A DNA stretch of 44,593 nucleotides from Planctomycetota bacterium (lineage in GTDB: Bacteria > Planctomycetota > B15-G4 > SIAN01), in NCBI GenBank assembly GCA_031409275.1, contig JANNXA010000011.1, positions 1-44,593 of the forward strand, written 5' to 3'. Position numbers and translations under genes: made by a program. The notes under the pieces are model-generated. The model saw nothing but the letters and a program-made list of their open reading frames with translations. It searched no databases and was not told the DNA's origin. This document shows, one piece after another, positions 1-10,701 of this stretch; position 1 is the first letter of the stretch; the number at the start of each line of letters is the position of its first letter.

Positions 1-43
1 ACCCACTGGCGAAGAGGACACCCTGCTCGCTACTGTCGTGCAC
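1..43 (-). CDS. N-terminus of a putative IS1380-family transposase (partial)
   Basis: GTG at 43-41 lies 8 nt after SD GAGGGG and gives MHDSSEQGVLFASG. This resembles IS1380 transposase N-termini, but only 14 codons are visible. Confidence 0.45.
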   Translation of the reverse strand, partial: MHDSSEQGVLFASG

Positions 44-137
44 GCTGAAAGCCCCTCGAATGCCTCGGATCAGCTGTGGTAGGCCGATTCGTACGCATCG
101 AGGGCTTTCGCGTTTCAGGGATTACGAATAATCCGGG
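1..137 (-). mobile_element. Left end of a probable IS1380-family insertion sequence, truncated by the window edge
   Basis: The minus strand begins CCCGGATTATTC at 137, resembling IS1380-type CC-starting termini, and is flanked by CTAG (138-141). The stretch is less GC-rich than its neighbours and leads into SD GAGGGG plus a GTG-started ORF running off the window. Confidence 0.6.
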
Positions 138-208
138 CTAGGACGGTGGGCACCTTGAGCCCGGGGAGGATGGGCTCGCGTCGGAAAAGTCTGCCGATGG
201 CCGGAGCG

Positions 209-1006
209 TCAGCGGTGCTGCGCGAAGAGCCACTCCCACATCGCGGGGTCGTTGTAGGTGGCGCTCCAGCTGTCGTGGCCGACGCCCTCGTAGACGGTGA
301 ACTTCGGCGTGCCGCCAGCCGCTTCGAGCGCCTTCACCATCGCGTCGCTCTGCGCGAGCGGGACGACGTTGTCGGCGCCACCGTGGAAGACCCAAGTCGG
401 CAGGCCGACCAGCTGCGCCGCCTTCGTCGGATCACCGCCGCCGCAGATCGGGACGATCGCCGCGAAACGCTCCGGATGCTCGCACGCAAGGTCCCAAGTC
501 CCGAAGCCACCCATGCTGAGTCCCGTGAGGTAGACGCGCGCGGGATCGATCGCGCAACGCTCCATCACGTCCTCGAGCAGCGCCATCACCGCTAGCTTCG
601 ACCAACCAAACTGCGTCGCGATCGGGCACTGCGGCGAGACGACGACCGCCGGGAACTCGCGCCCCGCCGCGATCAGCTTCGGCGGTCCGTGCTTCGCCAC
701 CAGTGTGAGGTCATCGCCGCGCTCGCCCATGCCGTGCAAGAAGAGGACGAGCGGCCAGCGCGGCGCGCCCGCCACGCTCGGGTCGACGTAGCCGCGCGGC
801 AGCGTCAGCAGGTAGGCGAGCTCGCTCTTCACCGTGATCTCCCGCGTCGAGCGTTCGCGCGTCGTGGCCGGCGCCGCGAGCGGCGGTGCGGCCGCAATGG
901 GCTCGCTGCGACAAGCGCCGAGCGCACCGAGCAGGAGCATCGCGGCGACACTGGAACGGACGCGAGCGCGCGCACGCGGGCTCGCCGTCGATCGGGAGAG
1001 GTTCAT
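209..1006 (-). CDS. Predicted peptidase/carboxylesterase (alpha/beta hydrolase, COG4099-like), probable lipoprotein
   Basis: Motifs PLVLFLHGMGERG, nucleophile GLSMGG, HGGADNVVP (Asp) and GVGHDSW (His); lipobox LGAC. Confidence 0.88.
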   Translation of the reverse strand: MNLSRSTASPRARARVRSSVAAMLLLGALGACRSEPIAAAPPLAAPATTRERSTREITVKSELAYLLTLPRGYVDPSVAGAPRWPLVLFLHGMGERGDDLTLVAKHGPPKLIAAGREFPAVVVSPQCPIATQFGWSKLAVMALLEDVMERCAIDPARVYLTGLSMGGFGTWDLACEHPERFAAIVPICGGGDPTKAAQLVGLPTWVFHGGADNVVPLAQSDAMVKALEAAGGTPKFTVYEGVGHDSWSATYNDPAMWEWLFAQHR

Positions 1007-1079
1007 GGCGCGCGGTGTTAGCGGCGAACTGAGCGTGAGGGAAGCGGCGCGCGCGCCGGCGGCGGCAATCGAATGCGGC

Positions 1080-3158
1080 TCAATTCCCGTCGTTTTCGAC
1101 GTAGCCGAGTGCTTCGAGTGCCCGCCGCTCGTCCTGCGTCAGCAGCGTCCGCGCCCGGCGCGCGAACCCCGCTGCCGCACGAACCAGCGCGGAACTGTCC
1201 GCCTCGGCACGCGCGACGGCCGATTCCCACTCTGCGCCAAGCGACGCCCCTTCGAAGTAGCTCCCGCGCAAGCGCGACACCGCGAGCAGGGCCTGCGAGC
1301 GCACCAGCGGATCGGCATCGCCGACAGCACGCAGCAACAGCCCCGCGATGCCGACGTCGCCGTCCCCGAGCAGCGGGAGGTCGCCCGCATCCATCGGTCG
1401 CGTGCCGGCCCGCGCCAGCAGTTGTACGACCTGCTCGCGCACCACTGGCGCGCCGCTCTCGAGGAGCCGCGCCATCCGATCGAAGCCGACCACGCTCCCG
1501 TGCGCGATCTCCGCGTAGCCGACCAGCGCCTGCACGCTCGGCTCCTCGTGGTCAGGGACCTCCTGCAGTCGCGTCATCACCGCGCTCGAATGGTCGAATC
1601 CAGCGCTCGCCAGCACGAAGGCGGCCGCTCGCCGCACGCCGGCGTCGCCATCGCCAAGGCAGTTCAACAATTCCTGCACGGCATCGGCCTGCTCGATCGA
1701 CGCGAGCGCCAGCACGGCGCGGCGGCGCGCGTCCGGATTGCGTTCACCGCGCATCCGTTCGAGATGGCGCGCGAGCGAGGCGTCATCGAAGAGCTCGCCC
1801 GGGCCGTCGAGCGCCGCGGTCAACATCTCGTCGAACGCGTAGTCGGCGCGCTCCTGCGCGTGCTGCGCCAGCTCACGCGCCGCAGCGGCCAACGCGCCGT
1901 CGTCGGCGAAGCCTGCCTCGGCCGGCTGCGACAGCCAGTGGAGTGCCGGCTCGCGCACCAGCGGATCGAAATCAAACGCGAGTTCGAACAAGAGCTCGAC
2001 GCCCGCCGGACCGGCGGCGGCGGGGTTCATCCAGGCGATGTTCCAACGCACCTTCGCGTTGCCGCTGCGACCGGCGCGCAGCAACGCGTCGCGACTGGCG
2101 GCGTTATGCCAGACCACCGACTCGGGGCGCGCCATCGGGCTCTCGCCACCATCGAAATGGCGTAGTGCGACGACCGCCGAGAGTTCGCAGTCGGGGTCGC
2201 CGCTGCCAGCGCTCGCGGCGAGGTCGGCCAGCAGCAGCGCGATGCCTTCGTCGGCACTGTTTGCCATGCGGGCGCTCGACGTCTCCTCCGGCACGCGGAC
2301 ACCACGCGGCAGCCAGAAGCCACCCCACCGATGGGCGAAGAGCTGCTGCGCATGCAACGTCCCGTCGCGCAACGGTGCCTTCTCGATCCGCTCGAAGCAG
2401 GTGACGTAGGAGTGCTCTCCGCTGTTGAGCGGATCGAACGACTCCTCGCTCCAGGACAAGAACGCGAGGTCGGGAGAGAGTTCGACGCAGGCGTGCAGCT
2501 CGATTCGTTTCCCCACCAGGTCGGGATCGCCGTGGTAGACGCGCTCGATCACGGCGATCGGGCGACGGAACGCGCGGCCGTCGGGATGCTTCGCGGCGCG
2601 ACCGTCGATCGTCCGCAGTCGCGCGACGATCGGCGCGCGGGCCAACGTGGCGCGAGCGTTAACGTTGCGTGGGAAACCGAGCTCCATCACCTCGGAGGCG
2701 TGCACCGGATCCCAATCGTCGTCAAGTTCGTCGCCCGACGGCGCGGCAGCGAGCGGATCGACCGGCGGTGGCTGCGGCTTCTCGGCCGTCCGCTGCACCG
2801 CGGCCATCGGCCCCTCCAACGCATCGACCGGCAGCGGCGCATCGGATCCGCGCGGCGTGTCGGCGGGTGTCATGGCCACCGGTTCGATGAGCGACGGCGC
2901 CGCGTCGCTGCGCCACGCCTCGACCAGGCGCACCGCCGCGAAGGTGAGCGCCGCGCCGCCGAGCAGCACTGCCGCTGCTGCGACGAGGCGTCGCCGCAAC
3001 GACGTGGCCCCGCTCTCCCCGCGCGCCGCGCGCAACGTCGCCGCCACGCGCGCATCGAGCGTCGCTGGCGCCGACTCGCGGTTGCGGGCGATCAACGCCT
3101 CGAGCTCCTGCGGCTCGCCCGCGTCGCCCTTGCCATTCGCATCGTTCGACTGCGTCAT
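1080..3158 (-). CDS. Membrane-anchored HEAT-repeat protein, candidate anti-sigma factor
   Basis: Start moved to ATG 3158, 8 nt after a GAGGAG that ends the upstream sigma gene. Short N-terminal cytoplasmic part, one TM helix (LVAAAAVLLGGAALTFAAV), Pro-rich linker, then HEAT-like repeats (DPLVREPAL, DAGVRRAAAFVL, DPLVRSQALLAV). Confidence 0.75.
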   Translation of the reverse strand: MTQSNDANGKGDAGEPQELEALIARNRESAPATLDARVAATLRAARGESGATSLRRRLVAAAAVLLGGAALTFAAVRLVEAWRSDAAPSLIEPVAMTPADTPRGSDAPLPVDALEGPMAAVQRTAEKPQPPPVDPLAAAPSGDELDDDWDPVHASEVMELGFPRNVNARATLARAPIVARLRTIDGRAAKHPDGRAFRRPIAVIERVYHGDPDLVGKRIELHACVELSPDLAFLSWSEESFDPLNSGEHSYVTCFERIEKAPLRDGTLHAQQLFAHRWGGFWLPRGVRVPEETSSARMANSADEGIALLLADLAASAGSGDPDCELSAVVALRHFDGGESPMARPESVVWHNAASRDALLRAGRSGNAKVRWNIAWMNPAAAGPAGVELLFELAFDFDPLVREPALHWLSQPAEAGFADDGALAAAARELAQHAQERADYAFDEMLTAALDGPGELFDDASLARHLERMRGERNPDARRRAVLALASIEQADAVQELLNCLGDGDAGVRRAAAFVLASAGFDHSSAVMTRLQEVPDHEEPSVQALVGYAEIAHGSVVGFDRMARLLESGAPVVREQVVQLLARAGTRPMDAGDLPLLGDGDVGIAGLLLRAVGDADPLVRSQALLAVSRLRGSYFEGASLGAEWESAVARAEADSSALVRAAAGFARRARTLLTQDERRALEALGYVENDGN

Positions 3159-3163
3159 CGCCG

Positions 3164-3733
3164 TCACTCCTCGACCTGTGAGCCGGCGAGGAGTCGCGCC
3201 AGCTTCGCCAAGGCGTAGCGGTAGCGCGAAGTCGCCGTATCGAGCGGGATCGCCAGCGTCGTGGCGACCTCGCGGAACTTGAGTCCACCATGGAGATGGA
3301 GCGTGACGACGGCGCGCTGCTCGGCCGGCAGTTGCGCCAGCGAGGCGCGAACCCACTGCGCCTCATCAGCCGCCGCCGCACCGACGAAGGGATCGAGGTC
3401 GCCGCCGCTCGCTGCCACCGCCGTCGCCAACTGCACCTCGCTCGCCCGCTCCGGTCGGCGTCGCCGCTCGCGATCCCGTACGCGATGGGCGCATGCGGTC
3501 GCGAGGTAGCGGCGAGCGTCGGCCAACGTCGGGAAGGCCGGCAGCTCGCGCGGCCGGCTCGCCAACCCGGCGAAGAGGTCGTGCACCACGTCTTCGGCCG
3601 CCGCTCGCTCGCCCGTCAGGTGACAGGCGACCGTGAAGAGGTCATGGCGCAGCGCGAGGTAGAGCGACGCGAGGCGATCGCTCGCCGCCGCGGCGCCTGC
3701 CGCCACCGACCGCTCCGGTGAACTCTCCGTCAC
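3164..3733 (-). CDS. ECF RNA polymerase sigma-70 factor
   Basis: Region 2 (AAAEDVVHDLF...YLATACAHRVRD) and region 4 HTH (LPAEQRAVVTLHLHGGLKFREVATTLAIPLDTATSRYRYALAKL). Confidence 0.93.
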   Translation of the reverse strand: MTESSPERSVAAGAAAASDRLASLYLALRHDLFTVACHLTGERAAAEDVVHDLFAGLASRPRELPAFPTLADARRYLATACAHRVRDRERRRRPERASEVQLATAVAASGGDLDPFVGAAAADEAQWVRASLAQLPAEQRAVVTLHLHGGLKFREVATTLAIPLDTATSRYRYALAKLARLLAGSQVEE

Positions 3734-3820
3734 GCACCGTTCTCCACGGCCCCCTGAACGCGCGTCGCTCCATTTTTCGTCTACACCGACCGATCGAGGC
3801 GCGCACCCGGGTCGCGCCGC

Positions 3821-5575
<1,755 letters not shown>

Positions 5576-5698
5576 CGCGGCTCGTCTCACCCTGCGGTTC
5601 CTGCGCCTCTCGGTGTCCGTTTCTAGCGCCGCTACCATCTCCGTCCCTTTTTCCGGGTCGCCGCGGCTGCGTCGACGGCCCGCCTTCGGAGCCCCGCC

Positions 5699-6865
5699 AT
5701 GCCGCCTCGCCTGCTGGTCCTCTCGGCTTCCGCCGGCGCCGGCCATGTGCGCGCCGCGCAGGCCATCGAGCTGGCGCTGCGCGAACTGGCGCCCGACGCC
5801 TATGTCGAGAACCACGACGTGCTGCAGCTCACCAACCCCGCCTTTCGCCGCCTCTACGGCGAGGCGTACCTCGATCTGGTCGCCCATGCTCCGCACGCGC
5901 TGGGATGGCTCTACGACCACCTCGACCAGAAGCCCGGCTCGCCGCATGCCGACCGCCTGCGCCACCTCGTGCAGAAGCTCAACCTGAAGCCGCTGCTCGA
6001 CCTGCTGAAGCGCGGGCCGTGGGATGCGTTCGTCAGCACCCACTTCCTTCCCGCCGAGATGATCGCCGCACTGAAGAAGAAGCGCCGCATCTCGACGCCG
6101 CAGATCACCGTCACGACCGACTTCGACACCCATCGACTCTGGGTGAACGAGCCGTGCGAACGCTACTTCACCGCGACCGAGGACGGGGCGGCGTGGCTTG
6201 CCTGCTGCGGGGTCGATCGCGCCCGCATCACGGTGAGCGGCATCCCGATCCACCCGCTCTTCGCCGAGAAGAAGGCGCGCGCGGGTTGCCTCGAGCGGCT
6301 TCGCCTGGCGGGCAATCGACCGATCATCGTGCAGCTCGCCGGCGGCTTCGGAGTCGGTCCGATCGAGGAGATCTGGAAGTCGCTGCTGGCGCTGCCGATG
6401 GCGCTCGAACTGGTCGTCGTCGCCGGCAAGAACGAGGAGGCGAGGGCGCGGCTCGCGAAGGTGCCGGTGCCCTCGCACCATCGCGCCCACGTGCTTGGAT
6501 TCACCGACGCGATCGACGAGCTCTTCACCGTTGCCGACCTGGTGGTCAGCAAGCCGGGCGGCCTCACCACTTCGGAAGCGCTGGCGCGCGGCGTCCCCAT
6601 GGCGATCGTCAACCCGATCCCCGGCCAGGAGAGCCGCAACTCCGACTTCCTGCTCGAGCACGGGGCTGCGATCAAGGTGAACCACGTGGCGACGCTGGCC
6701 GGCAAGGTCGGCGCACTGCTCACCGACGCGCCGCGCCAGAAGCGGCTGCGCCTGAACGCGAAGGCGCTCGGCCGCCCGCAGGCCGCCTACGACGTCGCGC
6801 GCGCCGCGCTCGAGCTCAGTCGAAGCGCAAAGGCTGGAGCGCGCTCTTCATCAACTTCCCGTTGA
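5699..6865 (+). CDS. MGDG synthase/UgtP-like GT28 glycosyltransferase (diacylglycerol glycosyltransferase family)
   Basis: SASAGAGHVRAAQAI, VSTHFLP, TVTTDFDTHRLW, VSGIPIHP, SKPGGLTTSEALA, PIPGQESRN. Confidence 0.9.
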   Translation: MPPRLLVLSASAGAGHVRAAQAIELALRELAPDAYVENHDVLQLTNPAFRRLYGEAYLDLVAHAPHALGWLYDHLDQKPGSPHADRLRHLVQKLNLKPLLDLLKRGPWDAFVSTHFLPAEMIAALKKKRRISTPQITVTTDFDTHRLWVNEPCERYFTATEDGAAWLACCGVDRARITVSGIPIHPLFAEKKARAGCLERLRLAGNRPIIVQLAGGFGVGPIEEIWKSLLALPMALELVVVAGKNEEARARLAKVPVPSHHRAHVLGFTDAIDELFTVADLVVSKPGGLTTSEALARGVPMAIVNPIPGQESRNSDFLLEHGAAIKVNHVATLAGKVGALLTDAPRQKRLRLNAKALGRPQAAYDVARAALELSRSAKAGARSSSTSR

Positions 6866-9512
6866 AGCCGATGGCGTAGGCGCGCAGCTCGGTGATGGTT
6901 CCGGTGAGCCCGCTCGGCACGCGGTCGCTGATCGACCGTGCCCCGAGCGCATCGAGCGCGCCCGAGTCGACGACGACGCTGACCGGGAAACCGTTCAGTG
7001 TCTCGAGCAGCAGCATCACCAGCTGAGACGCGGGGCCGCCCGTCACCGTTGCGAAGACGATGTCGCCGGGCAGCGCGATCGCCGGCTCGACCACCAGCAT
7101 CAGGTCATCGAGCGCGAACAGGGCGACGCGGCCCGAAGGGTCGAAGTACGGGTTGGTGATCACGAGGTCGTGCGGGCGATCGCCGGAGGGAGAGCCGCTC
7201 TGCCACCGGGGTGCCGCCGCGACCAAGGTCTCGTTGACGGTGGCGAGCACGCTGCCGTTGGCGCCCGATCGGATCTCCGAGCGCCCTTTCCCCCACACCG
7301 TCGTGAGCCACTCCTCGACTCCGTCTCGGTTCAGGTCGCCAAGCTCGAAGAGGTCATTGCCGAACATGTCGCCGGTGCTCGCGCCAGCGAAGGTCGAAAG
7401 CAGCGTCCATACGCGGCCGGCGTAGATGCGAACCTCGCCTTCGATGTTGGCGCCCGCGGCCGGCGCACCGATGGCGACGTCATCGATGCCATCCCCGTTC
7501 TGGTCGCCGACGTTGGCCAATGCAGTGCCGAACCACTCGAAGGTGGTGCCCCCCTTCAGGATCTTGAGGTTGTTGCCGGTCTGCCCGGCGAAGACGATGA
7601 CGCGACCGGCGTCGAAGCCGTTGGCGTCGTTCTTCGGCGCACCCGCCGCCCAGTCGCCGACTCCATCGCGGTTCTGATCGCCGACGAAGGCGAGGCTGCT
7701 GCCGAATCGCTCATCGGAGGCGGTGCCGAGCTTCTGGAAGAGCGGCGCACCGGTCAGCGCGTCGAACACATCGACGCCGCCTTCGGCACCAAGCCCCGAT
7801 TGCGGCGTGCCGACCGCGATCTCGACCGCGCCATTGGGCTGCAGCCCCACGACGAGCGGATGGCCGAAGTCCCAATGCGGACTCGGGGCCACGCAGTCGC
7901 GAAGGACGACGCCCGTCACCGAGGAACGCAGCTCCACCTTCGAGTACCCGGAGAAGTCGTTCAACGACACCGCGTAGTCGCCGATCGCGTCGCCATCGAG
8001 ATCGGGCAGCGCCGCAAAGGCGATCGGCTCCCCTTGGGCGATCGGATGGTCGGCGAGCACGTGGCCATCGCGCCCCGATCGGACGCGCACCGTATGGGGC
8101 AACGACATCTGGCGATTGCCGGTCACCAGGTCGTTGAAGCCGTCGCCGTCGACGTCGTCGATCAACCCAGAAACGCTGTTGATCGGCAGGTTGGTGGTGC
8201 GACCGAGGCGGCTTGCGACCGCCACGCCCGCAGGCAGCGACCAAGTCTCGATCGCTCCCGACCAGAACGCGTTGAACGGGGCGATGTTGGGGTCGGGGAG
8301 ATCGGGAATCCCGAACGCGACGTCGCCGACGCCGTCACCGTCGAAATCGGCGCCGCCGACGAAGGCGCGTCCGTACTGCAGCGCCGATGGCGCCACCAGC
8401 TCCTTCAGCAGCAAGCCGTCGCTGCCGCGGTAGAGGCGCACGCTCGCGAATGGCGTGGTCGCACTCGTGCCGTCGCAGCTCAGGAGCAGCTCGGGGCGCG
8501 CGTCGCCATCGAGATCGCCCGCGCCGCCGACCACCACCCAGCTGGCACGGCCGGGTCCGTAGATCCGCCGCAGCTCGCTGCCGGTCGCGCCCGACATCAC
8601 GAAGCCCGCGCAGCTGCCGAAGAAGCCGTTGCGCACGCCTCCCACCATCACGTCGACCGTGCCGTCGCCGTCGAAATCGCCGACCCGACCGATCGAGACG
8701 ATCTTGAAGTTGAGGAAGACGCCCTGATCGAACGGGATGGCCAGCAGTTCACTGCCGCTGCCGCTCGAGAAAAGGCGCGCCACCGCCGTCGTACCGCTTG
8801 GCCCGGTGGCGGTGTCGAGCAACGCGAAGTCCTCGAGCGTGTCCCCGTCGAGATCGCCGATCGCCGTCAGCCGGTCGCGCGCACCGAGTTGCAGGTCGGG
8901 CGTCGAGTTCTCGAAGACGAACAGGTCGCGCCCGTTCAGTCCCGACACGATGCGCACGATGCCGTTCCAGCCATTCGAGTTGGGCTCGCGCGAGCTGCCC
9001 ACCGCGAAGTCGCGCGTGCCATCGCCGTTCACGTCGTCGAGCCCGACCACCGTCATGCCGTAGTCGGTGTCGGGCGTGCCATTCCAGTGCGAGAGCTCAT
9101 GGCCATCGCTGCCGGCATAGAGGTAGACCGTGTCGCGATTCGGCGCGCCGACCAATAAGTCCTCGATCGCGTCGCCGTCGACGTCGCCGGCGGCAGCGAC
9201 CGCCGCGCCGAACGTATCGGCGAACTTGAAAGCGGCGCCACGGAAGGGTGCTCCGCCGATCTCGAGCAGGATCGACAGGTCGGCGCCCGACAGGACTCGC
9301 ACCATCCCTTCGTCATTCGAGGAAATGCCCGGCGGCGCACCGACCAGCAGCTCGGAAATGCCATCGCCCGTGCGATCGGGCAGCAGCGCGATCGCGGCGC
9401 CGAACGACTCGTCGTGCACGTTGCCTTCGACGCTCCACACCTCTTGCTGCGCACCGGCACTTCGAACCACGCCAAGTGCGACGACGAAAGCGGCGAGACG
9501 AGTCGGACGCAT
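6816..9512 (-). CDS. Secreted FG-GAP/integrin-alpha beta-propeller repeat protein
   Basis: Signal peptide MRPTRLAAFVVALGVVRSAGA after SD GAGGAG. Many repeats of the form FG..(G)DxxGDG..D..VGAP, then a ~95 aa non-repeat C-terminal domain. Confidence 0.9.
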   Translation of the reverse strand: MRPTRLAAFVVALGVVRSAGAQQEVWSVEGNVHDESFGAAIALLPDRTGDGISELLVGAPPGISSNDEGMVRVLSGADLSILLEIGGAPFRGAAFKFADTFGAAVAAAGDVDGDAIEDLLVGAPNRDTVYLYAGSDGHELSHWNGTPDTDYGMTVVGLDDVNGDGTRDFAVGSSREPNSNGWNGIVRIVSGLNGRDLFVFENSTPDLQLGARDRLTAIGDLDGDTLEDFALLDTATGPSGTTAVARLFSSGSGSELLAIPFDQGVFLNFKIVSIGRVGDFDGDGTVDVMVGGVRNGFFGSCAGFVMSGATGSELRRIYGPGRASWVVVGGAGDLDGDARPELLLSCDGTSATTPFASVRLYRGSDGLLLKELVAPSALQYGRAFVGGADFDGDGVGDVAFGIPDLPDPNIAPFNAFWSGAIETWSLPAGVAVASRLGRTTNLPINSVSGLIDDVDGDGFNDLVTGNRQMSLPHTVRVRSGRDGHVLADHPIAQGEPIAFAALPDLDGDAIGDYAVSLNDFSGYSKVELRSSVTGVVLRDCVAPSPHWDFGHPLVVGLQPNGAVEIAVGTPQSGLGAEGGVDVFDALTGAPLFQKLGTASDERFGSSLAFVGDQNRDGVGDWAAGAPKNDANGFDAGRVIVFAGQTGNNLKILKGGTTFEWFGTALANVGDQNGDGIDDVAIGAPAAGANIEGEVRIYAGRVWTLLSTFAGASTGDMFGNDLFELGDLNRDGVEEWLTTVWGKGRSEIRSGANGSVLATVNETLVAAAPRWQSGSPSGDRPHDLVITNPYFDPSGRVALFALDDLMLVVEPAIALPGDIVFATVTGGPASQLVMLLLETLNGFPVSVVVDSGALDALGARSISDRVPSGLTGTITELRAYAIGFNGKLMKSALQPLRFD

Positions 9513-9555
9513 GCGGCGCTCCTCGGGATGCGAATCGTTGGGGTGAAGCAAGCAA

Positions 9556-9713
9556 GAGCTCCTGACAGAACGGACGCGGCGTGCCGCGATCAGGCGAGAC
9601 CGCAAAGGACGAGGAGGCCGAAGCAGGCGACTCTGAAGAGTCGTCGATGGAGGTCGACGACGCCATGGGTGGCCGCAGCCGGTCGAACGCAGCGGACATT
9701 CTGTTAGGTGCTC
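9556..9713. repeat. MITE-like element with 15-bp imperfect terminal inverted repeats
   Basis: GAGCTCCTGACAGAA (9556-9570) versus TTCTGTTAGGTGCTC (9699-9713): 13/15 complementary, and one mismatch is a G-U pair in RNA. Followed by TAG. Central hairpin GGCGACTC-TGAA-GAGTCGTC (9626-9645). Intergenic and non-coding. Confidence 0.55.
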
Positions 9714-9834
9714 TAGGGCGGCGCCAGCCGGGGCGGTAACGAGCGCTCCTCCGAAGTAGTGTGCGCCAACTGTCACGAAACCGCGCCGACACCGCGCAGC
9801 GGGCGGCCGCCCCCCTCGGCTTCGCGAGGAATCG

Positions 9835-10674
9835 ATGCGCATCGCCGCCTGCCAGATCGACGTCGCGTTCGGTGACGTCACGCGCAACCTCGCGACGATC
9901 GAGCGCGAGCTTGCCGCGGCCGCCAGCGGCGGCGCGCAGCTCGTCGTCTTTCCCGAATGCGCACTGACCGGCTACGCGTTCGCGAGCGAAGCGGCGGCGC
10001 GGCAGGTCGCGATCGAGGTGCGCGGCGCCACCGTCGACGCGCTGGTCGCGGCAGCGCAGCGGCGCGGAACGTGGCTGGTGGTCGGGACGCTCGAACGCGC
10101 CGGTGATCGCCTCTTCAATGCGGCTCTGCTGATCGGGCCCGACGGCGTCGCGCTGCACTACCGCAAGCTCCACCTGCCGTTCCTGGGTTGCGATCGCTTC
10201 GTCGCGCCCGGGGACCTGCCGCTCGCCGTCGCCACGACGCCGCTCGGCCGCATCGGATTGTCGATCTGCTACGACGGCAGCTTTCCCGAGACGGCACGCG
10301 TGCTGAAGCTCGCGGGGGCGCAGCTGATCGTGCTGCCGACCAACTGGCCCGACGCCGCGAAGATCTCGCGCACTCACCAATCGATCGTGCGCGCGTTCGA
10401 GAACCACGTGAACTACGTGGCCTGCAACCGCGTCGGCAGCGAAGGGGGCTTCGGATTCCCCGGCGGCAGCCAGATCGTCGACTGCAGCGGCCGCGTGCTG
10501 GCGCAAGGCGGCGCCACGGCGGAGCGCCTGCTCGCCGACCTCGACCTTCCCGCCGCCGACGAGAATCGCGTCGTCTACGTGCCCGGCGAGTACGAGCTCG
10601 ATCGCATCGCTCATCGCCGCCCCGACTGCTACGGCGCGATCGTCGAGCCGCGCGCCGCGATCCGCGCGCGCTGA
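9835..10674 (+). CDS. Carbon-nitrogen hydrolase (nitrilase/amidase superfamily)
   Basis: Glu-Lys-Cys triad in VVFPECALTGY, YRKLHLP and ICYDGSFPE; SD GAGGA upstream. Confidence 0.93.
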   Translation: MRIAACQIDVAFGDVTRNLATIERELAAAASGGAQLVVFPECALTGYAFASEAAARQVAIEVRGATVDALVAAAQRRGTWLVVGTLERAGDRLFNAALLIGPDGVALHYRKLHLPFLGCDRFVAPGDLPLAVATTPLGRIGLSICYDGSFPETARVLKLAGAQLIVLPTNWPDAAKISRTHQSIVRAFENHVNYVACNRVGSEGGFGFPGGSQIVDCSGRVLAQGGATAERLLADLDLPAADENRVVYVPGEYELDRIAHRRPDCYGAIVEPRAAIRAR

Positions 10675-10701
10675 CCCGCCCCGCCGCAACGAGGAGGCTC
10701 G

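Noticed and set aside
3734..3800. Possible autoregulatory ECF promoter (GAAAAA...CGTTC on the minus strand)
   Set aside because: It is plausible but too short and degenerate to support without TSS data or conservation.
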